Source: Candidatus Eiseniibacteriota bacterium
GTDB taxonomy: Bacteria; Eisenbacteria; RBG-16-71-46; CAIMUX01; VGJL01
NCBI GenBank assembly: GCA_963792585.1
Contig: CAWBWI010000005.1
Span: 32,001 to 96,000 of the forward strand
Direction: 5' to 3'
Length of the DNA stretch: 64,000 nt
Part shown: in pieces, positions 17,326 through 28,515 of the stretch
Layout: every line of letters begins with the position of its first letter
Position numbering within the stretch: the first letter of the stretch is position 1
The notes under the pieces: generated by a model
Told to the model about the DNA's origin: nothing
What the model saw: only the letters and a program-made list of their open reading frames with translations
Database searches by the model: none
Translations under genes and position numbers: made by a program

Positions 17326-18657
17326 TCAACGACCCATCGGGCGCATCTCGACGAAATACCGGCCGCGCAACTCCTTGAGGTAGGCTTCGAGACGCTTCTG
17401 CCGTTCCTCGCGCTCGACCATCCCACGGAGGTCGTCCTTGATCTCGTCGAAGTTGTATTCGCTCTCGGCCTGCTCGCCCGTCAACTTGAAGATGTGATAG
17501 CCGCCGTCGACCTGCGCCACGCGGCTCACCTGCCCGACCCGAAGGGAGTCGACCGCCCCGCGGGTGTCCCCGAGGAAGTTGTCGATGGCGAGCCAGCCGA
17601 CGTCGCCCCCGACCTCGCGGCTCGCCGAATCGTTGGAGTAGCGACGAACCGCATCGGCGAAATCGAGCTTGCCCGAGGCGATCTCATCGTGGATCGAATC
17701 CACCTTGGCCCGGATGCGGGATTCATCCGCCCTGGTGGGCGTCACCTTGATCAGGATGTGTCGGATCTGCACCGACTGCGCCTGCGCGTCCCGATTGACC
17801 ACTTGAACGATGTGGTAGCCGAGGTTCGTCCGGACCGGCTCGCTCACCTCGCCGACCGGGAGGCTGAACGCCACCTTCTCGAAAGAACGGTCGCCGAGGT
17901 CCCCCGGGGCGAATGGCGGCAGCAGCCCACCCTGGGCGCGGCTCTTCTCGTCGTCGGAGTACTTCTTCGCGGCCTCGTCGAAGGCCAGGCCCCCGACGAT
18001 CTCACTGCGGACACCCTCGGCCCGCTTCCGCTGGGCCTGCTCGATCAAGCTATCGGGAGTCGTGCGGATGAAGAGGTCGAGGACGCGGAGCGCACGCGGT
18101 TTCTTGCCGATCTTCTCCTTGTTGTCGGTGAAGCTCTTGCGAACCTGCGCGTCGGTCACGGTGACCTTGGCGAAGACTTCCTTCTGCAGGAGGTTCCTGC
18201 GGAGGAGTTCCTGCTGCGCTTCCTCGGAGTAGCGCGTCCGCAGCCCCGCTTCGGTGAGCCCTTCCTTCTTCAACTGCTCGGCAAAGCCTTCCGCGCCGAG
18301 GCGGGCCCGATCCGATTCGATTGCCTGGCTCACGGCCTCGTCGATCGCTGCCTCGTCCACCTTCAGCCCCACCGCCTCCGCCTCCTGGGTCAGGAGTTGC
18401 TCGCTGATGAGATTGTCGAGGATCTCGCGGCGGAGCTGGTTGGCCTGGGAGGAATCGCTCGGGTCGACCTGGAATTGCGGCGAAAGCGCGATGAACTGCT
18501 CCTCCACCTCGGAGCGGAGGATCGGCTTGTCCCCGACGACGGCGGCGACGCCTTCGATCACCCCGCCGGCGGCAGTCGGCGCCTGACCCAAGGCCGGCCC
18601 GGTGGATCCGATCACGAGGGCCGCCAGCAGCAGACCCGCCATCCCGTTCCTCTTCAT
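17326..18657 (-). CDS. surA: SurA-like peptidyl-prolyl isomerase/chaperone
   Basis: Signal peptide, SurA N-domain (VAAVVGDKPILRSEV) and two parvulin domains (AKKYSDD..GGLL; IRHILIK..YSND..GGDVGW..GYHIFK). Confidence 0.9.
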   Translation of the reverse strand: MKRNGMAGLLLAALVIGSTGPALGQAPTAAGGVIEGVAAVVGDKPILRSEVEEQFIALSPQFQVDPSDSSQANQLRREILDNLISEQLLTQEAEAVGLKVDEAAIDEAVSQAIESDRARLGAEGFAEQLKKEGLTEAGLRTRYSEEAQQELLRRNLLQKEVFAKVTVTDAQVRKSFTDNKEKIGKKPRALRVLDLFIRTTPDSLIEQAQRKRAEGVRSEIVGGLAFDEAAKKYSDDEKSRAQGGLLPPFAPGDLGDRSFEKVAFSLPVGEVSEPVRTNLGYHIVQVVNRDAQAQSVQIRHILIKVTPTRADESRIRAKVDSIHDEIASGKLDFADAVRRYSNDSASREVGGDVGWLAIDNFLGDTRGAVDSLRVGQVSRVAQVDGGYHIFKLTGEQAESEYNFDEIKDDLRGMVEREERQKRLEAYLKELRGRYFVEMRPMGR

Positions 18658-18904
18658 CCTCATCTCCTTGCTCATGGGCTTCCCTGCGGCCGAGCGGGGG
18701 CCTGCCGCCGCGTATCGGACTTGCGTCGGTACGATAGCCCGCGGGCCGCGAGGCGGGCAATCGTTCCGTTCGAAGCTTGCAGGCCGCACGAAGGGGCCTG
18801 ACAGCGGTTGCACCGCGCAAGGCTGCGTCGGGCCGGGCGTCGCAGGCTGCGGCGCAACGGACCGCGCTCACTCGAGTTGCGCGACCGGCATCCGGACGCC
18901 TGCG

Positions 18905-18920
18905 TGGCCGCCATCTTGCT
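18905..18920 (+). promoter_or_regulatory. Sigma54 (-24/-12) promoter
   Basis: TGGCCGCCATCTTGCT has GG-N10-GC spacing with TGGC and TTGC, 40 bp upstream of ATG 18960. Confidence 0.7.
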
Positions 18921-18959
18921 CAAGAATGGCGGGGTCGTTTCCCCCACACCGGAGGAGCC

Positions 18960-19358
18960 ATGCAGCCAATTCGCATTCTGCTGATCGGCGACACGTTGAA
19001 TCTGATGCGGCGGCTGAAATTCCGCCTCGAGGTGCAAGGCTACGAGGTAACCCTCGGTTGTGGGGCCCCGTCCCCCGCCTTCAGCCTCTCGCGGGTCCGC
19101 CCCGACGTCCTGATCGCCGAACTTGCGGCGGGGGACGGCCGGATCGAGACATGGCGCCGGGGCATCGAGTCCTACCGGATGCGCCGCCCCCTCTCCGTCC
19201 TCTTCTTGGCGGACGAAAGGGCCGGCAAGGGGGAGCGACTCCTCGCCGCGGAGGCCGCCGATCTGGGAATCGTGGAGAAACCCCAACGGGCCCGAAAGGT
19301 CATCGAACGGCTCGAAACCTGGTATGAAGCCGAAAACTCGACTCTCCTGGCCGGATAA
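18960..19358 (+). CDS. Atypical receiver-domain protein
   Basis: REC-like pattern IRILLIGD...GYEV...PDVLIAEL...VEKP with Glu at the expected phospho-Asp position; GGAGGAG RBS. Confidence 0.7.
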   Translation: MQPIRILLIGDTLNLMRRLKFRLEVQGYEVTLGCGAPSPAFSLSRVRPDVLIAELAAGDGRIETWRRGIESYRMRRPLSVLFLADERAGKGERLLAAEAADLGIVEKPQRARKVIERLETWYEAENSTLLAG

Positions 19359-19369
19359 GCGGAGGCGGA

Positions 19370-20962
19370 ATGTTGCGACCGGAACCCACACTGCTGGCTC
19401 AAACCTTCAAGGACCGGTTCGGTTCCATGCTGCTGGCCACGTCCGAGATGCTCGACTGCCAGCTCGAGATCCGCTACGACGGCATGGACGCAATCGCCTC
19501 CCCGGCGCCGCCTGCATGCTGCGTCACCTGTAGCCGCTCCCGGCCCGGGGTGTTCGCGTCCTGCATGTCCGGACGCTGCGGCGCGGACGAACCCCTCGGT
19601 ATGGTCCAATCTCCAAAGCACTGGACCGGCCCTGACGGATGCGAGGTCGCCGTGTTGCCGCTTCGGATTCCGTTTGCTCCGCCGGCCCAGCTCGTCGCGG
19701 TCCGCGGGCCCGCACCCGAGCGCCGAGAGCCGTCTCGCCCCGAAATGCTCCGTTTCTTGACCGAGTTCGTCCATCTGCTCTCGGAGCACTTCGCCTTGAG
19801 CGGCGAACTCGCGACGGTCTCCGGCGAGCTGTCGAGCCGCCACGAGGAGTTGAACCTCCTCTACACGGTGTCCAGCAAGGTTGCTGATCAAGAGGACGTT
19901 CGCAAGGCGATCCGGACGATCCTCGAGCAGGCCCGACGCGCCGCCGGCGCGGAGGCGGCGTTCGTTCAGATCGACAGCGGACGGATCACGGAAACGGCGA
20001 TCGGCTACACCGGCCCCGAGAACGGGACCATCCCCGATCGGACGTGGCGGACCCTGACCCAGGCGTTGTCGCGGCATCTCGTCGCCGGCAACCGGCGCTT
20101 CTTCTCCGGCAGCCACTGGGAGATCGAGCCGACCAAGCCGATCTTCGACCGCCCGGCCCAGATCGTCGCGGTGATGCTCCAGAATCGCGGGGAATCGCTC
20201 GGCGTCCTCGGCTTCGTTCACTTCGATCCGGTCATACGGCCCCGGATCAGCGATCTGCGCCTGCTGGAGAACCTCGCGGAGAGAATCTCGATCGCGGTCG
20301 CCAGCAGCGAACTGTACGAGAACCTGAAGGACTTCTTGATGTCGACCGTCAAGAGCCTCGTCTCCGCCATCGAGGCGAAGGACTCATACACCTGCGGACA
20401 TTCCGAGCGGGTGAACCTGCTCTCGATGCTTCTCGGCAAGACGATGGGACTCCCCGTGGACGAGCTCGAAGTCCTACGCTGGGCCTCCATTCTGCACGAC
20501 GTCGGCAAGATCGGAATGCCAGAGAGCATTCTGAAGAAACCGGGCCGCCTGACGAACGAGGAATACGAGATCGTCAAGGAGCACCCGGACCGCGGCTACA
20601 AGGTCCTCGCGCCGATTCACCAGCTCTCCGCCGCGAGCCTCGGCGTGCGGTGCCATCACGAGATGGTCGACGGACGCGGCTATCCGCTCGGGCTGCACGG
20701 GACCGAGATCCCGCGCGTGGCGAGGATCATCGCGGTGGCGGACACCTACGACGCATTGACCAGCACCCGCGCATACCGGCAACGCCGCGGACCCGACGAG
20801 GCGTGGGCGGTGATCCAGAGCGTCCGGGGCACGCAGCTCGACTACGAGGTCACCGACACCCTGGAACACCTCATTCCCTTCATTCGCGAACACGAGGTGA
20901 TGTTCCTCTCCGGCAACCGTCCCGAGCCCGAGGAGATGGACATCGAGAGCAAGGCCGCGTGA
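19370..20962 (+). CDS. GAF + HD-GYP phosphodiesterase with Cys-rich N-terminal domain
   Basis: EAKDSYTCGHSERV, LHDVGKIG, HHEMVDGRGYP and VADTYDALTS; central GAF-like region. Confidence 0.92.
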   Translation: MLRPEPTLLAQTFKDRFGSMLLATSEMLDCQLEIRYDGMDAIASPAPPACCVTCSRSRPGVFASCMSGRCGADEPLGMVQSPKHWTGPDGCEVAVLPLRIPFAPPAQLVAVRGPAPERREPSRPEMLRFLTEFVHLLSEHFALSGELATVSGELSSRHEELNLLYTVSSKVADQEDVRKAIRTILEQARRAAGAEAAFVQIDSGRITETAIGYTGPENGTIPDRTWRTLTQALSRHLVAGNRRFFSGSHWEIEPTKPIFDRPAQIVAVMLQNRGESLGVLGFVHFDPVIRPRISDLRLLENLAERISIAVASSELYENLKDFLMSTVKSLVSAIEAKDSYTCGHSERVNLLSMLLGKTMGLPVDELEVLRWASILHDVGKIGMPESILKKPGRLTNEEYEIVKEHPDRGYKVLAPIHQLSAASLGVRCHHEMVDGRGYPLGLHGTEIPRVARIIAVADTYDALTSTRAYRQRRGPDEAWAVIQSVRGTQLDYEVTDTLEHLIPFIREHEVMFLSGNRPEPEEMDIESKAA

Positions 20963-21007
20963 CCCCACACCCGTCTGCTACCATGGGACCCAGCCGTGGA
21001 GGTTGGG

Positions 21008-21253
21008 TTGCACGTCGTCTTCGTCCTCTGGGGTCCGATGCGCCGTTCGGCCGGCCGGTCGAGCGTGGGCCTCGATTTGCCCGACGGAATTCGACTCGAA
21101 AGCGCCCTCGACGCGTTCTATGAGGCCCTTCCGGACCTCGCCCCGCACCGCGCGAGCGCGCGGACTGCGGTTGGCGTGGAATACGCCCCTCCCGAGACCG
21201 TCCTGCGCGAAGGCGACGAGATCTCCCTGATCCCGCCGGTGCAGGGAGGATGA
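21008..21253 (+). CDS. moaD: MoaD/ThiS sulfur carrier
   Basis: Ends LREGDEISLIPPVQGG; GGAGG precedes TTG 21008 (alternative GTG at 20996); adjacent to moaE. Confidence 0.88.
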   Translation: MHVVFVLWGPMRRSAGRSSVGLDLPDGIRLESALDAFYEALPDLAPHRASARTAVGVEYAPPETVLREGDEISLIPPVQGG

Positions 21254-21257
21254 TCCG

Positions 21258-21623
21258 ATGACGCGGATCGAGATCACACGCGACCCCCTGCGCGCCGCGG
21301 GAACCGACGGGACGAGCGGCGCGGTCGTCGAGTTCCACGGCGTCGTCCGCAACCTCGAGGATGGGCGGGCGATCTCCGGAATCGACTACGAGTGCCACGT
21401 CGAGATGGCGAAACGCCTGTTGGAGCGGATCGCCGAGGAGACGGTCGCCAAATTCCTCCTTCGAGATCTCCTTGTCCTGCACCGGATCGGTCGGGTCGCG
21501 GCCGGAGAGCCCAGCCTCTACGTTCGCGCCGAGGCCTCCCATCGGCGGGAAGCCTTCGCGGCCGTGACCGAGCTGATCGATCGCCTGAAGCAGGACGTGC
21601 CGATCTGGAAGCAACCCTACTGA
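21258..21623 (+). CDS. moaE: Molybdopterin synthase catalytic subunit
   Basis: GAVVEFHGVVR, HRIG, HRREAF and LKQDVPIWK. Confidence 0.92.
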   Translation: MTRIEITRDPLRAAGTDGTSGAVVEFHGVVRNLEDGRAISGIDYECHVEMAKRLLERIAEETVAKFLLRDLLVLHRIGRVAAGEPSLYVRAEASHRREAFAAVTELIDRLKQDVPIWKQPY

Positions 21624-22453
21624 GCCCCCCCGGGCGGTCCCTCCTCGAGCAGCGCCGCCGCGGCGGCCGAGGCGTCTCGTCCCGCATCGCGGGGATCGAG
21701 ACCGCGCGAACGACTCCAAGCGTAGACCGCGAGGAATGTATCCCCCAGGCCGATCGCCTCACGGGGAGGACCGTGCAGGGCGGCGGCGGCGATCTCGATG
21801 GAGATATCGCTTCCGGCGAGGAGAATTCTGGCCCCCCGGTCGCCGAGCGTGACGATCCGCTCGGAAGCGCGATCCACAACAGCTCGCGGCAGGGCCGCCC
21901 ATTCCTCCTCGTCCCCGGCGAGCGCGCGCAAGCAGGGAAGGTCGGGTCCGGGGTCCAACGGCGCGATCCGCACCCGCCCTTGCGCATCGATCCTGCGAAC
22001 GAGTCCCTGCGCCCCGAGGTCGCAGGGCGCGTGCGCGGCCCGGAGCCGTTCGAGCAGGGCGGGGCTCAGATCATCCGGGAGCAGCGGACCCAACAGGAGG
22101 CTCGACCCTTCCTCGATCGAAGCGATTCGTTCCGGATCGAGCGGGTCCGACGCCTCGAGAAGACGCAGGATGCGATCGTTGGGCCGCTCGAGGTCGACCT
22201 CGATGCGAAATCGCGTCGTGTGGCGCGACGGGTGGGTCACGACCTCGACTTCGGGGGGAAGTGCGGCCAGCAGATCCCGGTCCCCCGGCGCGAGCGGCGT
22301 GTGGAGCGTCACCCGGGCGCCCCGCCGGGAGAGCGCCCATGCGGCGTAGAAACCCGCGCCTCCGGTCCGCACGCGGAGCCGTCCGCCGAGGGCTACCTCG
22401 TCGCGCGAGAGCGGCGCGAGAAGAAGCACGCGACCCGCGAGACGGACCGGCAT
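21617..22453 (-). CDS. PfkB family carbohydrate kinase
   Basis: GGAGFYAA near the N-terminus, IVTLGDRGA, and anion hole IGLGDTF. Start uncertain (22453 or 22471). Confidence 0.8.
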   Translation of the reverse strand: MPVRLAGRVLLLAPLSRDEVALGGRLRVRTGGAGFYAAWALSRRGARVTLHTPLAPGDRDLLAALPPEVEVVTHPSRHTTRFRIEVDLERPNDRILRLLEASDPLDPERIASIEEGSSLLLGPLLPDDLSPALLERLRAAHAPCDLGAQGLVRRIDAQGRVRIAPLDPGPDLPCLRALAGDEEEWAALPRAVVDRASERIVTLGDRGARILLAGSDISIEIAAAALHGPPREAIGLGDTFLAVYAWSRSRGLDPRDAGRDASAAAAALLEEGPPGGAQ

Positions 22454-22497
22454 GCTAGACTCCGCCCGCATATGCGCGCGGCGCGGCGAATCGATCG

Positions 22498-24114
22498 ATG
22501 AAGCAACGCATCGCCAGGATCCTCCTCGTACTCTTCGGTCTGCTGGCCGCGGCGGGCATACTCCTGCCCCTCGCCTTGGCTCTCTTCGGTTCCGACAACC
22601 TACTCCTCTACGCAATGAAGGACGACGGCTTCTATTTCCTCGCCATCGCCCGCAACATCGCCGCCGGTAACGGCGCGACCTTCGACGGGCTCGGCCCGAC
22701 GAACGGCTTCCATCCCCTCTGGACGATGCTCCTGACGCCGATCTTCTGGTTCCGATATGCCTCGCCCTACCTCCCCGCGCGGATCGCGATCGTCCTGGCC
22801 CTCATGCTGCAGATCGCCGGGGCGCTGGCGGTCGACCGGGCGGCGCGCCGGATCGCCGACCGCCCGGCGGCGCGGCTCTGCGCCCTCTTCGCGATCGCCA
22901 ACCCGCTCGCCACCTATCTCGTGGTCTCGGGAATGGAGTCGGCCCTCGTGGGACTGCTCGTCGCGCTGCTCGCGGCGGAGTCGATCCGGCTGCGGCGGGG
23001 GGAGAGTTCGATCATCGATCCGAAGACGGTCCTCAGGTTGGGGATCATCGGCGGCCTGTGCATGCTCGCGCGCACCGACATGGCCTTGCTGGTCGGCCTC
23101 GTCCTGGCGGGCGCGGCCTTCTTGCGACCCACCGAGCGCGTGACCGCGCCCTTGGCGCTGCGCCTGCGCGGCGCCGTGCTCGCGGGAGCGTGCGCGGTCG
23201 CGGTCCTCCTACCCTGGATCGTTTGGAACCTGGCGCGATTCGGCTCGCTCGTCCAGGTGAGCGCTCGCGCCCACCACCTCCACTCACTCTCCGCCCGGGC
23301 CCCCGGCGAACCGGCCGGGGCGGCGCGGCTGTTCAGCATGGGGGGATCTCTCATCTCGGGCGTGACGGGCTCGGTGCGCGCCCGGACTGGATTGCCCGCC
23401 GGCGCGGTCGTCCTCATGGTTCTCGCCGTCATCGCCCTGCTGGTCTGGTGGCTCCTGGCGCTCTGGAGACGCCCGGAGGTGCGCGCCGACTTCGTGCGAC
23501 GGATCCGGTGGATCGACGCGCCGGTGCTCTATGCCCTGGGTTTTCTCGCCGCCGCGTTCTTCGTCTTGGGCCATGTCCGCTCCTGGTACATCGCCGGCCC
23601 CATGGCGGTCGGAGCGATCGCGCTGAGTCTGCCCGCCCACTACGCGCTTCGCGCGTCGAGCCTTCCCGCGCGAGGGCGCATCGCATCTTCGCTCCTCTTC
23701 GGCGGAATCGTGCTGGGGCTCCTGCCGCTCGGATGGATTCTCTCCCGCGAGATGACAACCAATGCGCGCAACGAGCACTGCTGGAGGGAGGCGACGGCGT
23801 GGGTGGCGGCACGCACGCAGCCGGAGGATCGGGTGGCTTCGTTCAACTCCGGCACCTTCGGCTATCTCTCCCCGCGGACCGTGGTGAACCTCGACTGCGT
23901 GGTCAACAACCGGGCCCTTGTCTACCTCGAGCGCCGGCAGCTGCTCGCTTTCCTGCGCGAAAACCGGATCCGGTACCTGATCGACGATCCGGGTTACGTG
24001 GGGCGCTATTTCGGGTCCTACGGTGAGGAGGGTTGGGGCGAGGCGGTCGTGCCGATCGACGAACTTCCCTCGGGTCTGCGGGTCTACGAGATTCGCCCCC
24101 TCAACGGACCCTGA
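22498..24114 (+). CDS. Polytopic membrane protein, GT-C/ArnT-like glycosyltransferase
   Basis: First-loop DD motif (KDDGFYFLAIARN..G.G..FDG...TNGFHPLW), SGMES, LARTD, many TM helices and a soluble C-terminal domain. Confidence 0.72.
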   Translation: MKQRIARILLVLFGLLAAAGILLPLALALFGSDNLLLYAMKDDGFYFLAIARNIAAGNGATFDGLGPTNGFHPLWTMLLTPIFWFRYASPYLPARIAIVLALMLQIAGALAVDRAARRIADRPAARLCALFAIANPLATYLVVSGMESALVGLLVALLAAESIRLRRGESSIIDPKTVLRLGIIGGLCMLARTDMALLVGLVLAGAAFLRPTERVTAPLALRLRGAVLAGACAVAVLLPWIVWNLARFGSLVQVSARAHHLHSLSARAPGEPAGAARLFSMGGSLISGVTGSVRARTGLPAGAVVLMVLAVIALLVWWLLALWRRPEVRADFVRRIRWIDAPVLYALGFLAAAFFVLGHVRSWYIAGPMAVGAIALSLPAHYALRASSLPARGRIASSLLFGGIVLGLLPLGWILSREMTTNARNEHCWREATAWVAARTQPEDRVASFNSGTFGYLSPRTVVNLDCVVNNRALVYLERRQLLAFLRENRIRYLIDDPGYVGRYFGSYGEEGWGEAVVPIDELPSGLRVYEIRPLNGP

Positions 24115-26539
24115 CGAGGCGAACGGAACTCTCCCGGCCCGCATCCAGGCGCGCCCAGTAGACCCCGGCGGGAAGATCGCGGCCGCGCGCATCCTTGCCG
24201 TCCCACACGACCTCGCGCCGGCCGATCTCCTGCGGCTCGTCGATCAGCCGCGCGACCCGGCGTCCGCCCGCGTCGAATACCTCCAGGCGGACGCGCGCCG
24301 TGAGGAGCACGTCGTAGACGATCGCCACGCGGGAGAGGAACGGATTCGGCAGGATCTGCACGATCCTCGTGACGGGGGCGGGCGCGGCCTCCATGCGGGG
24401 CGAAACCGCTCGGAGGACGACATCGTCGATCGCCGCCTCGAGAAGCGAAGGCTCGCCCGCGTCCTCGACGACGAATCGCAGGCGCACGCGATCGGTGGGC
24501 GGGACGAGGGAGTCGATCGACTCGATCCGCTCCAGACCCCACGCCCTCGCGCTCCGGGTGACCGTCCTCAACGTCCGCCACCGGAGGCCGTCGTCGCTCG
24601 AGATCAGGACGTGCAGGGTGTCGTCGGGGTGCGTCTCATCGACGAACCATCGACGGAACTCCAGATCGACGTGGAGCAGGCCCGAGAGGTCGATGCGGGG
24701 CGTTGTCAGGGAGGTCCGTCCCCCGTCGACGTCGGCTTCCCCTTCGCCGCCGCCGGGAAGGCCGTTGGCGGTGACGAAGCAGAGCCCCGTCGAGTCGCCG
24801 CCGGCGTCGAGGCCCGGCTGAGCCCCCGTGCCGATCGGAACCGCGCGGGTCCAGATTCCCGTCGTCGCGCCATCGCCGCCATCGCCGACGACCCATTCGC
24901 GATCGATCTGGAAGTCGTCGGCGAAGACCACGCGCCTGGCGACCTCGAAGGAGTGGAGATGAAGCGGTGCGTCGACCGGGTCGCTCCCGGTGCGGCCCTC
25001 CACGTCGCGCGCGCGGATCGAGTAGACGACCCGCGTTCCCGGGCGGTATCGCGGGATCCGCGCCTCGTAGTCCCCCGAATCCCCCGCGGCCTGCATGGGG
25101 AGCGCGATCTCGGGGCGGTCGTCCGCGCGGTAGTGGACGCGAACGCTGTCGGGGTCGAACGGGGCCGTGCTCGTGATCCGGGCGCGGATCGGATAGCCGT
25201 CGAGCCATGATGGGGGATCGTCGATCGGCACATGCCGGACCAGAACCCGCAGGGGACGCGCGAGGGAAGCGACGACCGCGACCGCAGCCTGGACGTTCAT
25301 GCGGAAGAAGTCGAAGTCGTTGACGCTGATCCCGAGCCGGTCCTGGGGGGTGTGGAGATACGGACTGGGGTCGGACGAATCCTCGTGGAGGGTCAGGGCG
25401 GGATAGCCTGCGTCCCAGAACGACTGCTGATCCGAGTTTCCGCCGCTGAAGCTCCCTTCCACCGCAGGGTACCCGTCGAGGTACAACGCCGTCGCGGCCG
25501 ATGCGAACTGCATGAGCGGAATCGATCGGGCATCCGAGATCAGATCCAGATCGCGCGTGTCGCCCGGACGGACGTAGCCGATCATGTCGATATTGATCGC
25601 CGCGCGGATGTCGAGCCCGCGGCCGCGCGCGTCTGCGGCCCACGCCTCGCTTCCGATCAGTCCCTGCTCCTCGCCCGAGAAGGCGATGTAGACGAGCGTC
25701 CTCTCAAAGCTCGTTGATGAGAGGATCCGCGCCGCCTCGAGGACGGCGGCGACGCCGGTCGCGTTGTCGTCTGCTCCCGGTTCGGCGCCGGTCCGGCTGT
25801 ACGAGTCGTAGTGCGCGCCGATCAGGACGATCTCGTCCGGAACGACGGCGCCCGGTTGAACGGCGACGACGTCGTCGCACCAAGCGTTGTAGTCGAAGAA
25901 GGAGACATCGGCGAGCCCGAAGGAGCGAAACGCAGTCGCGACCGACTCGGCGGCCGCGAATCCGCCGCCGGAATCGCTGCGGCGGCTTCCGATTCCCTGC
26001 AAGGACTCGACGATCGAAACGCAGCGATCCCCGCTCACGCGATCGACCATGGACGCGATGAGAGGGTCCGGCTCATCCGCAAGCACGGGAAGGCGCGGGA
26101 CGGACATCGGTCCACGGTGGATCGGACGATCCAGAATCGGCAGGATCTCTCCCGCTTCGAGCAGTTCGGATCGACAGGAATCCGGATAGGCGAGGACGAT
26201 CGTGGAGCCACCGCGCCACAGGATCCGCCCGCGGCCTGCAAGCGGCGCGTCATCCCGGTACGGATCCATGTAAACGATCGCGTAGGACTCGCCGACCTGC
26301 CGCGGCGCGAGCAGAGAGACTTCGATCCCCGCGGCGCGGGCGCGGGCGACGGTCGCGGAGTCGCTCCACGCGAAAGCGGAACCGTCCACGAGGCGGACGG
26401 CCGCGAGGCGGGGGGCACGCTCCACGACTTCTGCGGGGTAGCGGACGAGCAGCGGTTGCGCGGCGCGGCCGTTTCCGGCCGCCGCGAAGAACCCCAGAAG
26501 GAGCACCCCGCAGAAGGGCCGGAAACGGCCGCGTCGCAC
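24101..26539 (-). CDS. Secreted M28 metallopeptidase with FlgD/T9SS-like C-terminal domain
   Basis: Signal peptide; IGAHYDS, GADDNATG, GEEQGL, NIDMIG and SDQ..F; tail PNPF...FDAGGR...WDGKD..G..LPAGVY. Confidence 0.9.
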   Translation of the reverse strand: MRRGRFRPFCGVLLLGFFAAAGNGRAAQPLLVRYPAEVVERAPRLAAVRLVDGSAFAWSDSATVARARAAGIEVSLLAPRQVGESYAIVYMDPYRDDAPLAGRGRILWRGGSTIVLAYPDSCRSELLEAGEILPILDRPIHRGPMSVPRLPVLADEPDPLIASMVDRVSGDRCVSIVESLQGIGSRRSDSGGGFAAAESVATAFRSFGLADVSFFDYNAWCDDVVAVQPGAVVPDEIVLIGAHYDSYSRTGAEPGADDNATGVAAVLEAARILSSTSFERTLVYIAFSGEEQGLIGSEAWAADARGRGLDIRAAINIDMIGYVRPGDTRDLDLISDARSIPLMQFASAATALYLDGYPAVEGSFSGGNSDQQSFWDAGYPALTLHEDSSDPSPYLHTPQDRLGISVNDFDFFRMNVQAAVAVVASLARPLRVLVRHVPIDDPPSWLDGYPIRARITSTAPFDPDSVRVHYRADDRPEIALPMQAAGDSGDYEARIPRYRPGTRVVYSIRARDVEGRTGSDPVDAPLHLHSFEVARRVVFADDFQIDREWVVGDGGDGATTGIWTRAVPIGTGAQPGLDAGGDSTGLCFVTANGLPGGGEGEADVDGGRTSLTTPRIDLSGLLHVDLEFRRWFVDETHPDDTLHVLISSDDGLRWRTLRTVTRSARAWGLERIESIDSLVPPTDRVRLRFVVEDAGEPSLLEAAIDDVVLRAVSPRMEAAPAPVTRIVQILPNPFLSRVAIVYDVLLTARVRLEVFDAGGRRVARLIDEPQEIGRREVVWDGKDARGRDLPAGVYWARLDAGRESSVRLVRVR

Positions 26540-26549
26540 GAATGCCCCC

Positions 26550-26879
26550 TTAGCTGAGCAGGTGGGTCTGGATCAGCGCGGTGATCTTGTCCTTCGACTG
26601 CAGCCCGGAGAAGCGATGAACTTCTTTGCCTCCCTTGAAGAAGATCACGGTCGGCACCGCCATGATGCCGAAGCGGAGGGCGACCTGCTGCGATTCGTCG
26701 ACGTCGACCTTCGCGATCGTGACCTTGTCGCCATACTCACCCGCCAGGGCGACGATCGTCGGCTCCAGCGCCTTGCACGGCCCGCACCAGGTGGCTCCGA
26801 AGTCGAGCAGCGCGGGCTTCGTTCCCTTCTCCACCGTCTCCGTGAAGTTCCCGTCGCTCACGTGAACAAGCTCTGCCAT
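26550..26879 (-). CDS. trxA: Thioredoxin
   Basis: WCGPC active site; 109 aa; AGGAAGG RBS. Confidence 0.95.
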   Translation of the reverse strand: MAELVHVSDGNFTETVEKGTKPALLDFGATWCGPCKALEPTIVALAGEYGDKVTIAKVDVDESQQVALRFGIMAVPTVIFFKGGKEVHRFSGLQSKDKITALIQTHLLS

Positions 26880-26898
26880 TCCCTTCCTCCTGTTGTGG

Positions 26899-28419
<1,521 letters not shown>

Positions 28420-28515
28420 CCACCTCCCCGCTTCATGCCCGTTCCGGAACGCCCCGTGGGTTGAAGGATAACACAGGCGCGACGCCGTCCGGCGCGCCGG
28501 AGCGGATCGAACCCG

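Noticed and set aside
17308..18801. Long antisense ORF opposite surA (also 26893..28311, 28978..30852, 38144..39919, 58996..60345)
   Set aside because: Shadow ORFs expected in high-GC coding DNA; each lies opposite a well-supported gene and has no recognisable motifs.
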